Below are positions 63,834-64,000 of a stretch of DNA of 64,000 nt, piece by piece. The stretch's first letter is position 1, and the number at the start of each line of letters is the position of its first letter. The stretch spans positions 11,617-75,616 of the forward strand of contig CAKOOH010000005.1 of the NCBI GenBank assembly GCA_934098485.1. The letters are read 5' to 3'. The DNA is from an uncultured Bacilli bacterium (GTDB lineage: Bacteria; Bacillota_I; Bacilli_A; RF39; UBA660). The notes under the pieces were generated by a model, which was not told the origin of the DNA, searched no databases, and saw nothing but the letters and a program-made list of their open reading frames with translations. The translations under genes were made by a program, and so were the position numbers.

Positions 63834-64000
63834 TCACTTTGTAAATTTGCTTTTTCATTTTCTTTTATGCTTAATATTTCATTAGGTGTTTTTAAATCAC
63901 CATTTTTTCTTTGCTTTTCTAACTTAGCATTATATTCATCTACAAATAATTTATAATTCGCCATGCCCTTATTTTTAATAAGCTTTGCTATTTGTTTCAT
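63809..64000 (-). CDS. Small ORF convergent with serS, possibly 5'-partial at the window edge
   Basis: 63-aa minus-strand ORF starting at the last base of the window. No motif is recognised. Confidence 0.3.
   Translation of the reverse strand: MKQIAKLIKNKGMANYKLFVDEYNAKLEKQRKNGDLKTPNEILSIKENEKANLQSEKSQSVIL

Noticed and set aside
1-64000. Possibility of an alternative genetic code (UGA=Trp, Mollicutes-like) given the extreme AT richness
   Set aside because: TGA clearly terminates well-conserved genes, for example the response regulator at 17557-17559 overlapping the kinase start. All conserved proteins read through without in-frame TGA. Peptidoglycan synthesis genes are also present. Standard code 11 applies.

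Overview
This is a very AT-rich (about 27% GC) bacterial chromosomal segment that uses the standard genetic code. TGA is used as a stop codon, for example at the response-regulator/kinase ATGA overlap near 17556. Gene content looks like low-GC Firmicutes (Erysipelotrichia/Clostridia-like, not Mollicutes), because peptidoglycan genes are present: dacA-like, murG, ftsQ/divIB and a class B penicillin-binding protein.

Core genes I can recognise:
- Translation and nucleotide signalling: asnS with a T-box leader, a short RelA/SpoT-type protein, rpsB-tsf, rpmG, efp, and serS with a probable T-box leader.
- Antimicrobial-peptide sensing: a BceRS-BceAB-like two-component system with an ABC transporter.
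- Cell division and targeting: queH, ftsY and ylxM.
- DNA replication and repair: a Y-family DNA polymerase with a YolD-like partner, priA, parC and nfo.
- RNA genes: one tRNA-Ala(UGC) on the minus strand.

Accessory content interleaved with these core genes:
1. An AT-richer island at about 6.5-13.6 kb. It holds a lipase-like hydrolase, a leader-peptide/hairpin element in front of an ASCH-domain ORF that has no in-frame start codon, a PEP-utilising dikinase-like enzyme with an unexplained C-terminal domain, an RHH protein, and an AbiEi/AbiEii abortive-infection pair flanked by 53-bp perfect direct repeats. A Fic protein with a degenerate motif follows.
2. A duplicated cassette at 31.0-36.7 kb. 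It encodes two type IV prepilin-like proteins whose C-termini carry thrombospondin type-1-like Cys repeats (CSxxCGGGTxSR), plus two paralogous membrane-anchored partner proteins. The first ~635 nt of the two pilin genes are nearly identical and the 3' ends diverge.
3. Two further orphan prepilin genes at 39334 and 52384.
4. Two loci (21.4-23.7 kb and 56.9-61.0 kb) driven by the same ~125-nt terminator-promoter-leader module. They encode paralogous surface proteins with a SipW-cognate-type signal peptide and a TasA/camelysin-like N-domain. One is fused to Flg_new (Listeria-Bacteroides) repeats and an ALK/LTK-type glycine-rich domain, and a second glycine-rich-domain protein precedes it.
5. A canonical Fic gene preceded by an iteron/palindrome array.

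No integrase, transposase, CRISPR array or rRNA was seen.
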